A stretch of 64,000 nucleotides of DNA from Ostreococcus lucimarinus. Its lineage: Eukaryota. Positions 1 to 10,191 of the stretch are shown in pieces; position 1 is the stretch's first letter; the number at the start of each line of letters is the position of its first letter. The translations under genes were made by a program, and so were the position numbers. The stretch lies in the NCBI GenBank assembly GCA_000092065.1, contig CP000589.1; one strand, 5' to 3'. A model generated the notes under the pieces. That model was given only the letters and a program-made list of their open reading frames with translations. It did no database searches and was not told where the DNA came from.

Positions 1-1318
1 CATCGCGGTGTCCTTTCAACGTTTTCACCAAATCCGTTCCCGCGGACGGACCGACATCGGCTGTGTACGCGGGCCAGACGCGCACGGTTCTGTCGTACGA
101 TCCGCTAAAGACGTAATCATTCACCGTCACCAACGTGCGCACGGGACCGTTGTGACCTCGAAGAACCTTGAGCAACTCGAGCGACTCTATGTCGTACGCA
201 CGAATGGTGTGATCGTAAGATGCCGTGTACAGTGTCGTATCGTTGTACACTTGAAGCGCCCGCACGGCGTCTGTGTGGCCGGGAAGATAGGTGATTCTTC
301 GGTACGTGCTCAGGTTCCACACCCGCACGGTGCAATCGTACGAACCACTAAATAATTTGTCGTGCTTTACGCACACCGCTAAACACAACACCGGCCGCGT
401 GTGCTCTTCTAGAACTTGTACGCAGCGTCGACTCGAAATGTCCCACGCCCGAATCGTCTTGTCTGCCGAAGCGCTAAACAACGTCGTCGCTGTCGTGTCC
501 ACGCCCCAAACGATTTCGTCGTGTCCCTCTGCGATGGTGTACACCGGATGCTGATCATCGCTCGCATCCGCGGTCGACGCGTTCGCGGCGCCACCTGCGG
601 AAGGCGCGAGCTCTTGATCCGCCGACGGAAGCCCAGCGAAATCGCTATTCTGTCTATGAATATCCACCACCGCCTTGTCGTGCAGGGGCGCAAGAGGCCG
701 CAACGCGCTCAGCTCTGCCGGCGCCCACGACTGAATGGCGGTGCGAATCGCGTGGTTGGGAATCAACTCCAAGTGTCGCAACCGCACCCCGGTCACCGGA
801 CACGTGCGATGGCCCTGGTCGAGCCATCGTTGAATCGCCGGTCTATCGTACGTGTGCCCGGTGGCGATCATCACCGGATCTTGCATCAACTCCATCGTGA
901 TCGGACATTGAAAATGCGCGGGAATCTCCACCTGTAAGCTCGGCGTCGACTTCCGTTTCTCCTCGTCCTCGAGTTCGAGATCACCGTCCCCGGGCGGTTT
1001 CCCGTCTCGATCCGAAGGCTTTCGTCGTCCGCTCGCCTTTGGCGACTCCGCCGTCGACCGTCCTCCCTCCTCTCCATCGCCCTCTCCGCTCCCTCCCGCC
1101 TCGACCCCGCACTCCATCCCGCACGTCTCATCCTCGCTTCGTCGCGCTTCCTCTCCCGTCGCGTCGCTCGCGCGTTCCGCCCGCCGCTCGCCCTGCGCCT
1201 CGCCCACCGCGTCTTGAAACACGTCGTCCCCGCTGCTCTCGGAATCCATCCCTCGTCTCCCTCGCGGCGCGTCCATCATCTCCTGATCCGTCGACCGTCG
1301 CGTCGCGTCGCGATCCAT
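1..1318 (-). CDS. U-box (plant PUB-type) plus WD40-repeat E3 ubiquitin ligase. The 5' end is complete (ATG 1318..1316, the first Met after an in-frame stop at 1438..1436). The CDS runs off the window edge at position 1, so it is 3'-partial here.
   Basis: Hand translation of the minus strand gives a U-box core (IPAHFQCPITMELMQDPVMIATGHTYDRPAIQRWLDQGHRTCPVTG). It is followed by WD40 repeats (DKTIRAWD, TVRVWNL, HTIRAYD, RTVRVWP). One continuous frame with no stop runs from 1318 to 1. It is not in the ORF track because it has no stop inside the window. Confidence 0.65.
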   Translation of the reverse strand, partial: MDRDATRRSTDQEMMDAPRGRRGMDSESSGDDVFQDAVGEAQGERRAERASDATGEEARRSEDETCGMECGVEAGGSGEGDGEEGGRSTAESPKASGRRKPSDRDGKPPGDGDLELEDEEKRKSTPSLQVEIPAHFQCPITMELMQDPVMIATGHTYDRPAIQRWLDQGHRTCPVTGVRLRHLELIPNHAIRTAIQSWAPAELSALRPLAPLHDKAVVDIHRQNSDFAGLPSADQELAPSAGGAANASTADASDDQHPVYTIAEGHDEIVWGVDTTATTLFSASADKTIRAWDISSRRCVQVLEEHTRPVLCLAVCVKHDKLFSGSYDCTVRVWNLSTYRRITYLPGHTDAVRALQVYNDTTLYTASYDHTIRAYDIESLELLKVLRGHNGPVRTLVTVNDYVFSGSYDRTVRVWPAYTADVGPSAGTDLVKTLKGHRD

Positions 1319-1610
1319 GTCGCGCCTCGATCGAGCGCCGCGCGCCTCGATCGCGCGTCGCGCTTCGTCCGCGCGCGTCGATCGCTCGACGTCGAATCGA
1401 GATCGCGTTCGAAATTCGCGTCGCGATCTTCGCCGTCACCGTCGCGATCGACGCCGCGTTCGCCCGTTCGGCGGCGCCCTCGATCGCTGGAGAACCGACG
1501 CGCGCTTTCCGACCGCGCGCGACGCTCGAGCCGTCGCGCGCGTCGCCGTGTCGCGCGCGCGTGGCGGAGCCGTTAACACGCGGCGCCCATTCGTGTGCGC
1601 AAACAGTCTC

Positions 1611-1622
1611 ATTGTATATATA
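1611..1622 (+). promoter_or_regulatory. TATA-like AT island (ATTGTATATATAG) in the divergent intergenic region between the U-box gene and the GT49 gene.
   Basis: An isolated TATATATA in otherwise ~70% GC DNA lies ~110 nt upstream of the proposed GT49 start (1734). Confidence 0.25.
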
Positions 1623-1733
1623 GTTAGTAGAATGCTATCAATCGCGCTTCAATACGGAGTCGGCGCCGCGACGCGAACGGACACCGCGACGTCTCGAGTC
1701 TCGAGAGTCACGAGGTCGAGAGCGCGACGCGCC

Positions 1734-3338
1734 ATGACGAGCGGCGGAGGAAAGCGACGACGAGCGACGGCGCGCGACGCGCGAGCGCGATGGCGCGTCG
1801 CGCACCGCGCGTGGATGGTGGTGGTGGCGGCGACGGCGGCGAGCGCGGCGCGCGGACGGCGAAGGTGGAGGCGGACGCGCGACGACGCAAACGCGAGGGA
1901 CGAGACGACGTCGAACTTGACGATGTCGGACGTGTGTCTGTACTCGCCGGCGACGATCGAACGCGCGAGATCGGCGCTGCCGCGAACGGCGAGCACGTGG
2001 CGAGGGACGGTGAGCGTGGCGGTGTTGGCGGATTTGAAAACGCCCGGCGACGCGCTCGACTTGAGCGCGATGGCGAGCGAGTTGGAGGGAGACGCGGGAC
2101 GAATCGCGATCACGATGGTGGAGGCGCTACCGGAGTACGAGAATAGATTTCCAGTGAACTTTTTGCGCAACTTGGCGCGGGAGAAGTGCGTCGCGGAGCT
2201 CGGAGCGAAGTACGTGTTGGCACACGACGTCGATTTCGAAGTCTTTGTTGCGCCCGACGAGGACGCGTTTTTGAACGACGTGCGAAACGTTTTGGGGAAG
2301 CGGAGCGGCGAAAAGGTACGCCGCGCGCTGGTCGTGCCGGCGTTTCAACTTCATGCGGTGTGGTCACAACGAGTGAACGCGAAGAGAGATGCGATTCTGA
2401 ACGCGCGGCGGGTGCAAAGACAAACAAAGTCTCGCCGCAACGAAGGCAAAGACGACGACGAGTCCATCGACGCCGTCGTGGACAGTATCGCAACCAAGGG
2501 TGATGTACGACGACTAAATCCGATGTCTCTATACGAGACGCTCGTTGAAAGAGACCGAACTCGAACGGTCGACTCAAAAGCGACCGCAATAAATCTGACG
2601 CTTCCGTATTCCACGCGCGAGCGCCTCGATCGCCTCGTTCGCGAGCGTCGACTTGCGAACGGTTTCCAAATCAATTACTTTCCGATCGCGCACGCGCCGA
2701 CAAACTACACGGCATGGTTTGAGAACACCACCACTGGTGCGGACTCAACGTATCGCGTCGCGACTCCGAAGCATCCGTGGTACTACGAGCCTTACGTCAT
2801 CGTTCGCGCAGATCTTGCGTTGCCTTTCGATGAGTCTTTCGTGCAGTACGGCTTCAACAAGATTTCATTCGTTCACGAACTCGCCGCGGCGGGATTCGAC
2901 TTCCACGTTACGAAGAACGCTCACACTGTCCATACGAACACACACCCGACGCGTGCAATGGCAAACATGCAAGGACAAGACTTGGCGCGTTGTCGCGCGC
3001 ACCCTGCAGCGTCGAACGATTTTAGAATCGCTCGAGTCGGGCACTCATGCATTCCAGCTTTTTTACGCCGAATGGAGTGCGCGTACGGTTTTACCTTGGA
3101 TGACTTAGAATTCGGTGGCGTATCGAATGCGCCGCCGCCCGATGATTTGCTTTTTCGCCTACAGTCGGATGATAACATCGTCTGCTTTGGGGGATGCATC
3201 ACGGATTTAGAAGATGCGCCGCGCACGCCGGCTACCGTCACCGTGCGAGGCGGACGATTCGTCGGCGTGACGCAAGGCTCAGACGCTCGTCGGCGTAAAC
3301 GGGGCCCTTGTGAGCGCTTTGACGTAGCTTTACAGTAG
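1734..3338 (+). CDS. Glycosyltransferase family 49 (LARGE / B4GAT1-like) type II membrane protein.
   Basis: The C-terminal half matches the GT49 signature (HPWYYEPYVIVRADLALPFDESFVQYGFNKISFVHELAAAGFDFHVTKNAHTVH). An N-terminal signal anchor (MVVVAATAASAA) follows the Met at 1734. The ORF is open from 1317, but that stretch overlaps the upstream U-box promoter and is R/S low-complexity, so the start is placed at 1734 (alternative 1632). Confidence 0.6.
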   Translation: MTSGGGKRRRATARDARARWRVAHRAWMVVVAATAASAARGRRRWRRTRDDANARDETTSNLTMSDVCLYSPATIERARSALPRTASTWRGTVSVAVLADLKTPGDALDLSAMASELEGDAGRIAITMVEALPEYENRFPVNFLRNLAREKCVAELGAKYVLAHDVDFEVFVAPDEDAFLNDVRNVLGKRSGEKVRRALVVPAFQLHAVWSQRVNAKRDAILNARRVQRQTKSRRNEGKDDDESIDAVVDSIATKGDVRRLNPMSLYETLVERDRTRTVDSKATAINLTLPYSTRERLDRLVRERRLANGFQINYFPIAHAPTNYTAWFENTTTGADSTYRVATPKHPWYYEPYVIVRADLALPFDESFVQYGFNKISFVHELAAAGFDFHVTKNAHTVHTNTHPTRAMANMQGQDLARCRAHPAASNDFRIARVGHSCIPAFLRRMECAYGFTLDDLEFGGVSNAPPPDDLLFRLQSDDNIVCFGGCITDLEDAPRTPATVTVRGGRFVGVTQGSDARRRKRGPCERFDVALQ

Positions 3339-3415
3339 GAAAGTATGTTTATTGGAAAAATACAAGACGTCTTACAAAGAGTACGAGACTCGCTACAGGT
3401 CGCTATAGGTGGCTA

Positions 3416-4803
3416 TCATCGAAGGTAGATGGATGGCGAAAACGGCGCAGCCGAAGCCGCTTCGTTGTACTTCGGCCTCGTCGGCGTCGCGCACGCGCCT
3501 TCCCTCAGTCCCGTCAGAATCGGAAACTCGCTCACATCTACCCCTCGTAAAAGCTCCTCAGCTTGCTCGTACATGCTGGTGTTGGCCCGGTTCACGGTTC
3601 GCATCAAATCCAACGCGTCAACATTTTGCGCAACTCCAGTGGAATCGTCTTTCGTCTTAGTTTGCTTACCTCCCCTTCGGAACAGGTGGGAAAGACGTGT
3701 GTTACGAGTTTTTCTTGGCTTGTCCGGTGACACGAACGCTTGCAAATCCTCGATGGAGCTGATGCCTGGCATCTTTGGCATTTGAATCGAAGACGCGTCC
3801 ATACTCACGTTAGGCGGGAAGTGCGGCAGCTTGATCTTCGTCACGTTGGATAAACCCTCCACAGCGGCGATAGCGACGCCAGATGGGAGCATCGATTTAC
3901 CCGGCGATGTGATGCCGATACCTTGATACGCGCCTTCGGGTGTCGAAGTGGCTTCCAACACTGGTGACGTCGTCACCAACGGCGTGTTCGTCGTCGTGCC
4001 TCCAAAGTCTTCAAAAATCTCGCTAATCTTGAACGGGCTCTCACCCGCGTATCTCGTCGGCGTGGGCACGTCCGAGTACGGCGACGCGAAAATGTTGGCG
4101 CTAATGCCACCAGGCGGATTCGAAGCCTCACCTTCTGACGCATCAAACATGTTCGCGCGAATGTCCGAAATCGGCTCTGAGACGCGTCGCCTCGCCCCAG
4201 AGCGCGACGCTCTCGAGGACTTCTTTCGCTTGCTCATATCGACACCACCACGCTGAGACGGTGTCATGTAGTACTGCGGTATGTTGATACGCGACGAATT
4301 CAATGCCAAAGCCTTGCGCGTGTTATTCGACTTCTTGATCGAGCCAGACTTCCCCGACTTGGAATGCTCGCGCTGCTCCGCCGCCGCGAGCGCGGGGAAC
4401 CCTTGATTCAACGCTTGGTCCACCTTGCGCTTCAACGTGGAGTTCCAGTGATTTTTAATCGCGTTATCGGTGCGTCCTTTGAAAGACTTGGCGATTTCCG
4501 CCCAGCGATTGCCGTACTGTGCGTGCGCGATGATCAACTGACGGTCCTCGTCTGCGCTCCACTCCTCGCGCTTGATCTCCGGGTCGAGGTGGTTGTACCA
4601 TCTCTCGCGGCATTGCTTCCCGATTCTCCCAGGAAGCTCGCCCGCGATTTTGGACCATCGCTTCGCCCCGAGTTCGGTGACGAGCTCGATGATTCGCGCG
4701 TCCTCCTCCGCGGTCCACGGCCCTTTCACCAGTTCGGGGTTGAGCACTTTTTGCCACCTGTGCAAGCACTGCACGTCGGTGCGGCTATCGCTAAAGTACA
4801 CCG
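3416..4803 (-). CDS. MYB3R: R1R2R3-MYB (MYB3R/c-Myb-like) transcription factor, terminal exon: end of R1, then R2, R3 and the C-terminal region.
   Basis: [35 protein letters not shown]...[32 protein letters not shown]...[18 protein letters not shown] matches the c-Myb/MYB3R R2R3 repeats. The track 'start' is a GTG (Val) sitting 2 nt after a CGCGCAG acceptor, so this is an internal exon boundary. Confidence 0.8.
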
Positions 4804-4985
4804 CTGCGCGCGTCGAGAAAACACAAACTCATCGTCAGTAACCGTGAAACACGCGAGCAATCACACAAACACCGTCCTCGTCGTCCGAACGAGTGCGAAA
4901 GAGCACGACATCAACCGCCGCGCTCGAGCGTCCCGACGCTCGTTCACGCGCGCTTCGCCGAGGGATCTCGCGGTCGCTCGCGTAC

Positions 4986-5043
4986 CAATCTTCTTCCAAT
5001 TCCTCCCCCCGTACACCGCCACCGCGCCGCGCAACAATTCATC
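4986..5043 (-). CDS. MYB3R: MYB3R micro-exon (58 nt) encoding DELLRGAVAVYGGRNWKKI(A), the middle of Myb repeat R1.
   Basis: Donor ATT G|GTACGC at 4985 and acceptor CGTTCGTAG| at 5044..5046. Joining it to the 3416..4803 exon gives [22 protein letters not shown], matching plant MYB3R ([20 protein letters not shown]). Boundaries were cross-checked against track ORF 4944..5150. Confidence 0.6.
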
Positions 5044-5127
5044 CTACGAACGCAATCACCCCACGTCAGTCTCTTTCGCCGCCCTCTTTCACCGCAAACG
5101 GCGCATTCGCGTCGCGTAAATCCGCAT

Positions 5128-5157
5128 CCAAATTCAAATTCAAATTTCAAATTTTAA
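5128..5157. repeat. (AAATTC)n / (CAAATT)n AT-rich microsatellite inside MYB3R intron 1.
   Basis: ccaaattcaaattcaaatttcaaatttta on the plus strand. It is an AT island in GC-rich DNA. Confidence 0.6.
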
Positions 5158-5162
5158 CGCAC

Positions 5163-5217
5163 CTCCTCGGGTGTCCATCCTCCTTTGGCGCTTCTCCGCG
5201 TCGGTCCTCCGATCTTC
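5163..5217 (-). CDS. MYB3R: MYB3R upstream exon fragment encoding ...KGGWTPEE, the start of repeat R1. Its 5' boundary and the initiator ATG are unresolved; further exon(s) probably lie between about 5220 and 5600.
   Basis: GGA TGG ACA CCC GAG GAG|GTGCGT donor at 5162. Spliced to the micro-exon it yields KGGWTPEEDELLRGAVAVYGGRNWKKIA, the canonical W-x2-EED-x2-L R1 start. An in-frame stop upstream and no ATG imply at least one more upstream exon. Confidence 0.45.
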
Positions 5218-5715
5218 CTGCTCGCGACGCGCGCACGGCGCGAAAGTCAGTAAATCATTCTCGCGTTTCGCGCTCGTCGCGACGACGCACCCATCACCGA
5301 ACGCGCGCGGCGCGAGTCGGTCGTTCGAATGCGGTCGCGATGCGCCGGCGTCGCGACGCGTCGCTTTCTTCGCCGCTTTCCGACTTCCGGACGCGCTCGC
5401 GCGACCGCTCGATCGCGCGCCGGATTTCTTTTTCGTCTTTCGCGGCGACGGCGGCGACGGCGAGCGTCCGCGCGCGGGCTTCGTCGCGCGGCGCGCGCGG
5501 GCGACCATCTTCGTGCGCCGCGAACTGCGGGCGGCGTCGCGTCGTTCGGCTTCACTACGCGTCCCGTTTCATAAATGTTTTTAATACGCGTGTCACTGTA
5601 TGCGCAGCTCCGAGTTGTCTGATCGTGTACCACGCGCGGAGTCAACCGCGCGCCGAGTCGCCGCGCGACCGCGCGACACGGCGACGCGCGCGCGACGGCC
5701 CGGTCCGGTCCGCGC

Positions 5716-6696
5716 ATGACCGTCGAACCGTCGTCGAGCGATGGCGACGCCCGTTTGATGAAAGTCGCCGTCGACGATGACGCGCGCGAAGATGCGAAAG
5801 ATGCGACGACGCGGGACGATTCATGTCGCAGCGGCGCTTCGACGACGGACGACGCGCTCGCGGCGTTCGCGCACGACGAGCTCGATCGCGCGAAGACGAC
5901 GATCGCGCGATTACGGTTGGAGAAGCACGCGCTCGTGATGGGGAACAAGCGAGAGGGCGAGGCGAGAGCGAGGGCGGAGGTCGAGGCGAGAGCGCGCGCG
6001 GAGGCTGAGGCGAAGGCGTTGGCGGCGGAACGCGGGGCGTTGACTGAGCGTGAACGGGCGTTGCGAGCGTTCGTCGAGGATAAGAAGGCGCATGATGAAG
6101 CGTTGCGTCGGGCGAGGGAGGAGTGCGCGCGGTTGACGGTGGCCTTAGAGTCAGAACGAGCGGACATGGAGCGGGCGTTCGCGGCGAGGACGGGGGCGAT
6201 GCGCGCCGAGTGCGACGCGCGCGTGGCCAAGGCGAAGAAACAAGCGGAATCGACGATGACGGCGCGCATGGAGCGATCTGTAAAGAGAATTTTGGCGCAG
6301 AATAGGAAAATGAGCGATGAGCTTCGCGTGCAGGTGAATGAGACAGACGCGTTGCATCGGCGCTTCGCCAAGGCGAACGCCGAGGCGGAGAGCTTGCGCC
6401 GACGCGCGGCCGCGGCGGATGACGTCGAACGCGAGCGCGCGGAGCTCGGGGCGATGCGAGCGAGGGACCTACGACGAGCAGAGGAGAAAATCACGACGCT
6501 CGAGCGCGGTATCCGCGAACTCATGGAAGCGTTCGAGACGCAAAAGCTCGAGTGGGAACGGGAGACGAACGATTTGCGACGCGCCAACGATGAGGAAGTA
6601 ACGCACCTTAAACGTTCGCTGGCGTTGAAATCGCGCGAGTTGGTCAACATCAGGCGCTTAGCGAAAGAGGTAGTGTGTCATTATGAAGACTTGTAA
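5716..6696 (+). CDS. Hypothetical coiled-coil protein (326 aa).
   Basis: Long E/K/R/A/L heptad-like sequence with a varied, non-repetitive C-terminus (EWERETNDLRRANDEEVTHLKRSLALKSRELVNIRRLAKEVVCHYEDL). The antisense ORF 5247..6650 is S/A/R low complexity and is rejected. Confidence 0.4.
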   Translation: MTVEPSSSDGDARLMKVAVDDDAREDAKDATTRDDSCRSGASTTDDALAAFAHDELDRAKTTIARLRLEKHALVMGNKREGEARARAEVEARARAEAEAKALAAERGALTERERALRAFVEDKKAHDEALRRAREECARLTVALESERADMERAFAARTGAMRAECDARVAKAKKQAESTMTARMERSVKRILAQNRKMSDELRVQVNETDALHRRFAKANAEAESLRRRAAAADDVERERAELGAMRARDLRRAEEKITTLERGIRELMEAFETQKLEWERETNDLRRANDEEVTHLKRSLALKSRELVNIRRLAKEVVCHYEDL

Positions 6697-6816
6697 GTGT
6701 ATCTAATTCATCAATCGTTTCATTACATGTTGGTCAAACCGCCGTCGCGCTGCGCTCGGTCAAAAAAAATCAATGCGTCGCGCGGCCGCGATTGATTCTG
6801 TAAAAATATATCATTC

Positions 6817-7650
6817 TCACCAGTGGTGATTGAGAAATCGGCCGCCGTGTCCACCGCCGATTGCGGCGTGATGCTCGGCGTCTTGCGTCACGTTCTCCGT
6901 CTCCACCACGGTGCCGTCCGGTAAAGTTCTTCGACTCACCGTGCGCGTTCGTCGAACGCCATCCGCGCCAATCGTCGTCGTCGTCGAAGTCGACGTTGAC
7001 CACGTCGCCCCTCGTCCTCCGAACGCCGTCGACGATGAAACCGCGCCTCCCATCCGACCCCCTCCACCGTCTCCGCCGAACCCATCGCCGAACCATCCGT
7101 CCAACGAATCGACGTCTTCAAAAATCGACCGTCGCCGTCGAAAAACCGAATCGGCGCGCTCCATCGCGAACGGATCCCGTCCGAACGATCCAAACGTCCC
7201 CATCCCTCGCCCACCGCGCGTCCCGTGCGCGTCGTCCCCGAACACTCGCCGGAACGTCTCGAACGGGTCAAAAAAGTATCCTCGTCCATCGAAATCATCC
7301 TCATTCGTCGTCGTCCGCCCTTCGTCTCGGCGTTCGCCTCGCCTCGCCTCGTTCCCGTCCTCGTCGGCTTCCTCGTCTTCCTCGCGCCCTCGTCGCGCGC
7401 GTCCCTCCGCGAATCCGAATCCACGCGCGCGATCGTACCGCGCGCGTCGCTCTTCGTCTCGCACCGCCTCGTACGCGCGCGACGCGCGCTCGAACGCGTC
7501 GCGGCCGTTCGGATTCTTGTCGGGATGCCACCGCACGGCTTGTCGACGATACGCGCGACGAATCTCGTCGAACGGGGCGTCGCGCGCGACGCCCAGGACG
7601 TCGTACGCGCACGCGCGGTCGTCGTGCGCGCGCGGGGTCTCGCGCGACAT
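6817..7650 (-). CDS. DnaJ (Hsp40) subfamily B protein, DNAJB6/DNAJB2-like.
   Basis: J domain with the HPD motif (YDVLGVARDAPFDEIRRAYRRQAVRWHPDKNP). G/F-rich region with DPFETFRRVFG, and a C-terminal S/T-rich segment (TVSRRTLPDGTVVETENV) typical of DNAJB6-class proteins. ATG at 7650. Confidence 0.8.
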   Translation of the reverse strand: MSRETPRAHDDRACAYDVLGVARDAPFDEIRRAYRRQAVRWHPDKNPNGRDAFERASRAYEAVRDEERRARYDRARGFGFAEGRARRGREEDEEADEDGNEARRGERRDEGRTTTNEDDFDGRGYFFDPFETFRRVFGDDAHGTRGGRGMGTFGSFGRDPFAMERADSVFRRRRSIFEDVDSLDGWFGDGFGGDGGGGRMGGAVSSSTAFGGRGATWSTSTSTTTTIGADGVRRTRTVSRRTLPDGTVVETENVTQDAEHHAAIGGGHGGRFLNHHW

Positions 7651-7715
7651 CGACGCCGCGGACTCGACGCGACGGTTTGTGATGATTCGCGACGCGCGCG
7701 GCGCGAATGCTCGGA

Positions 7716-7742
7716 ACGGAACGGAACGGAATGGAATAGATT
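7716..7742. repeat. (GGAAC)3(GGAAT)2 pentanucleotide repeat in the intergenic region between the START and DnaJ genes.
   Basis: ggaacggaacggaacggaatggaatag. Confidence 0.4.
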
Positions 7743-7756
7743 ACACGTAGATTACG

Positions 7757-9733
7757 TCACGACGACGACGCGGACGCGACGACGGGCCGCGCGCGCGCCA
7801 GGGCGTCGGGAACGATGACCTCGGCGGTGACGTCGTCGAATTCGGGTTCGCCCAACCGTCGACGAACCATGCGATATAAATCAGGATTGGCGTCGATGCG
7901 CGGCTGAAACAACGAATCGCTCGCGCCGAAATACTTTGGCGATTTGAGCATCTTGTCGATCATGCGATGGACCCACGGAGCCATGACGCGAAGGACGAAA
8001 CGCACGACGGTGGTGGGGATGAAACGCATCTTGACGTCGGCGTGGACGACGATGTCGCCGCGGGTGCGGATGGATTTTGAACCGGCGACGGGCGGGAGCG
8101 CGCGCATGCGCATGCCGCAATTGCCGACGAATTCGATGCGCTTGCGCGATTTGGCGGACGGTGGCGCGCCCGAACCCAGGTCGTCGCCCGATTTGTTGGT
8201 TCGAGTGATTAATATCGCACACGAATGCGGGACTTCTGATTCGAAATCATCCATGCCGGGGATGTTCAAGTGATCGTACGCTCGCGTCGGCGGTTGACCG
8301 ACGTACGTGGAATCGATGACGATGATTTTGTCTCGAGCGCTCAGCGGCCAGGGAAGCCAAATGGCGGAGTATACGACCAAGTGCGTGAGCCCGCGAACGA
8401 GCATTATGGACGTTTCTATGGCATAGACGTTCCAAAGCGTCATTAAATCCCACTCGCGCGCGATGGCGACGAGTCTATGCGGCGGCGCGTCAAACGTCGC
8501 GCTCAGTTTGATGCTGTGCACCGTTCCGCCTTTGAAGCGTCCGTAATATATCACCAAACGCTCGTCCAAATCAGGGTCGGCCTCGAACGTTTCTTGCACC
8601 ACCCCCGGGACGCCAGCGGTTCCACGCACGCTGCTTTCACCTCCGCTCTCGCTCCCGCTCAACGGATCTGGTTGCGTCGCGATGACGGCGCCGTCGCTCG
8701 AACTCACGCTACCGCTCCTCGAGTGTCTGCTTCGTCTCCGACGTCCATACCGAGGCGCCAACGGGTCTTCTTCACCGTCCGACATCGACGCGCGCGAACT
8801 CGCAAGATCGGTGAGTTCGCCAAAATCAATCACGCCTCGTTTCTCCCTATCCGTCCGTCCTAAACTCACCTCGACTTCGGCGCCCGACTGTCGCAAACTT
8901 CTCCGAGCGTCGTTCGCGCCCCCACGCTCGAAATCCACGCTCGAAGCCCACTGTCGACTCAACCCTCGCCCTAAATCTATGCTCGACGTCCGTCGACTCC
9001 CGCTCTCGCTCGCTCGCATCCGCCCGAAATCCACGCTCGACGTCCTCCGCATCCCAAAGTCCACGCTCGACGCTCGCCGGCTGTGATTCGCTCCAATGAT
9101 GACCTCCGCGTCCACCTCCACGCTCGCCTGTCGCCGATGATGCGCCGCTCGCTTCGCCCCCTTATCCACCGGTTTCCACCCATCGTGATGTTCCTCTAAT
9201 TCAACGTCGTTCAGCGCGATCGCTTGTTCGTACACGTCCCGCCACGCCTCGCGTCGACGCGTCGACGCCTCGTCCCGCGCGCTCCCCGTCGCGTCCTCCC
9301 GCGCCACCATCCACAGCGCCGCCTCGAGCTCGCCGAGCGCCGCCAACCGTTCGGCATCGTTCGCGCACGCGTCCACCGTCGTCAGCGCGTCCGCGCGGCC
9401 GATCCACTCGCGCCGCGCGCGCGCGACGTCGAAATTCGCGTCGCATCGCACGTCGTCGTCCCAATCGATCTCGAACGCGTCGTGACGCGCGTCGTGGAAC
9501 GCGTCGTGGAGCGCGTCGACGTCGGCGTCGGCGCGCGCGACCGCGTCTCCATCGTCGGCGCGCGGTCTGCAGCAGCGCGCGCCCATGACGGGCGCGCGTC
9601 GCGCGATGGCGCGTCGCGCGCGCCGCGCGTTCGTTAAATACGGTGATTGATAGCGTTCGCGCGCGCGCGAGGCATCGCGCGACCGCACACGCGCGCGCGA
9701 CGCGCCGTCGCGAGCGAACGCGCGAGGGAACAT
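7757..9733 (-). CDS. START (StAR-related lipid-transfer / Bet v1-like) domain protein with a repetitive low-complexity N-terminal region.
   Basis: The C-terminal half has START-like motifs (LPWPLSARDKIIVIDSTYV ... RFVLRVMAPWVHRMIDKMLK). The N-terminal region carries degenerate repeats (SSVDFGMRRTSSVDFGRMRAS...SSIDLG...SSVDFERGG) encoded by a DNA tandem repeat near 8900-9100. Confidence 0.6.
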   Translation of the reverse strand: MFPRAFARDGASRARVRSRDASRARERYQSPYLTNARRARRAIARRAPVMGARCCRPRADDGDAVARADADVDALHDAFHDARHDAFEIDWDDDVRCDANFDVARARREWIGRADALTTVDACANDAERLAALGELEAALWMVAREDATGSARDEASTRRREAWRDVYEQAIALNDVELEEHHDGWKPVDKGAKRAAHHRRQASVEVDAEVIIGANHSRRASSVDFGMRRTSSVDFGRMRASESGSRRTSSIDLGRGLSRQWASSVDFERGGANDARRSLRQSGAEVEVSLGRTDREKRGVIDFGELTDLASSRASMSDGEEDPLAPRYGRRRRSRHSRSGSVSSSDGAVIATQPDPLSGSESGGESSVRGTAGVPGVVQETFEADPDLDERLVIYYGRFKGGTVHSIKLSATFDAPPHRLVAIAREWDLMTLWNVYAIETSIMLVRGLTHLVVYSAIWLPWPLSARDKIIVIDSTYVGQPPTRAYDHLNIPGMDDFESEVPHSCAILITRTNKSGDDLGSGAPPSAKSRKRIEFVGNCGMRMRALPPVAGSKSIRTRGDIVVHADVKMRFIPTTVVRFVLRVMAPWVHRMIDKMLKSPKYFGASDSLFQPRIDANPDLYRMVRRRLGEPEFDDVTAEVIVPDALARARPVVASASSS

Positions 9734-10191
9734 GCGCGCGATTACGATGGAGGTCCCGGTCGACGCCGCGGCGCCGCGGCGCGCGCGCGCGAGCGAGACG
9801 ACGAAGGAAACGATGCGCGCGCGGGTCAGGGTTGCGCGCGCGCGGTGCGGGACGACGAACGCGCGAGACGGCGCGCGCGACGTCGCCGCGCGCGCGGGAC
9901 GACGCGTGGAGGTGCGTGTGATATCGCGCGATCGCGCGCGCGCGCGACGACCGGCGGAGAGACGCGGAAAGGGCGATCGGAGGCGCGGCGGTGCGCGACG
10001 CTGGTGGTGGGTTGAGGGTTAGAGCGCGAGGGCGCGCGACGGCGTCGAATTCGGTTCGCGACGAAGACGATGGACGCCGATGCGCGGCGATGCGAACGCG
10101 GGAAAACGCACGAGACTGACGGTGTGAATTGTGGTCGTTCGCGCTGACGCAGACGCGGGCGTCGTCGGATGCGATTCCGGATTCGTTTAAG

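Noticed and set aside
1317-1733. N-terminal 139 codons of track ORF 1317..3338
   Set aside because: R/S low complexity. It overlaps the divergent U-box gene start and promoter. A TATA-like island at 1611-1622 and the signal-anchor Met at 1734 fit a downstream start better.
5247-6650. 467-aa minus-strand ORF (S/A/R-rich) overlapping the coiled-coil gene
   Set aside because: It is antisense to a more protein-like ORF (5716..6696). It has low complexity and no recognisable motifs. This is the typical result of reading >65% GC DNA, which has few stop codons.
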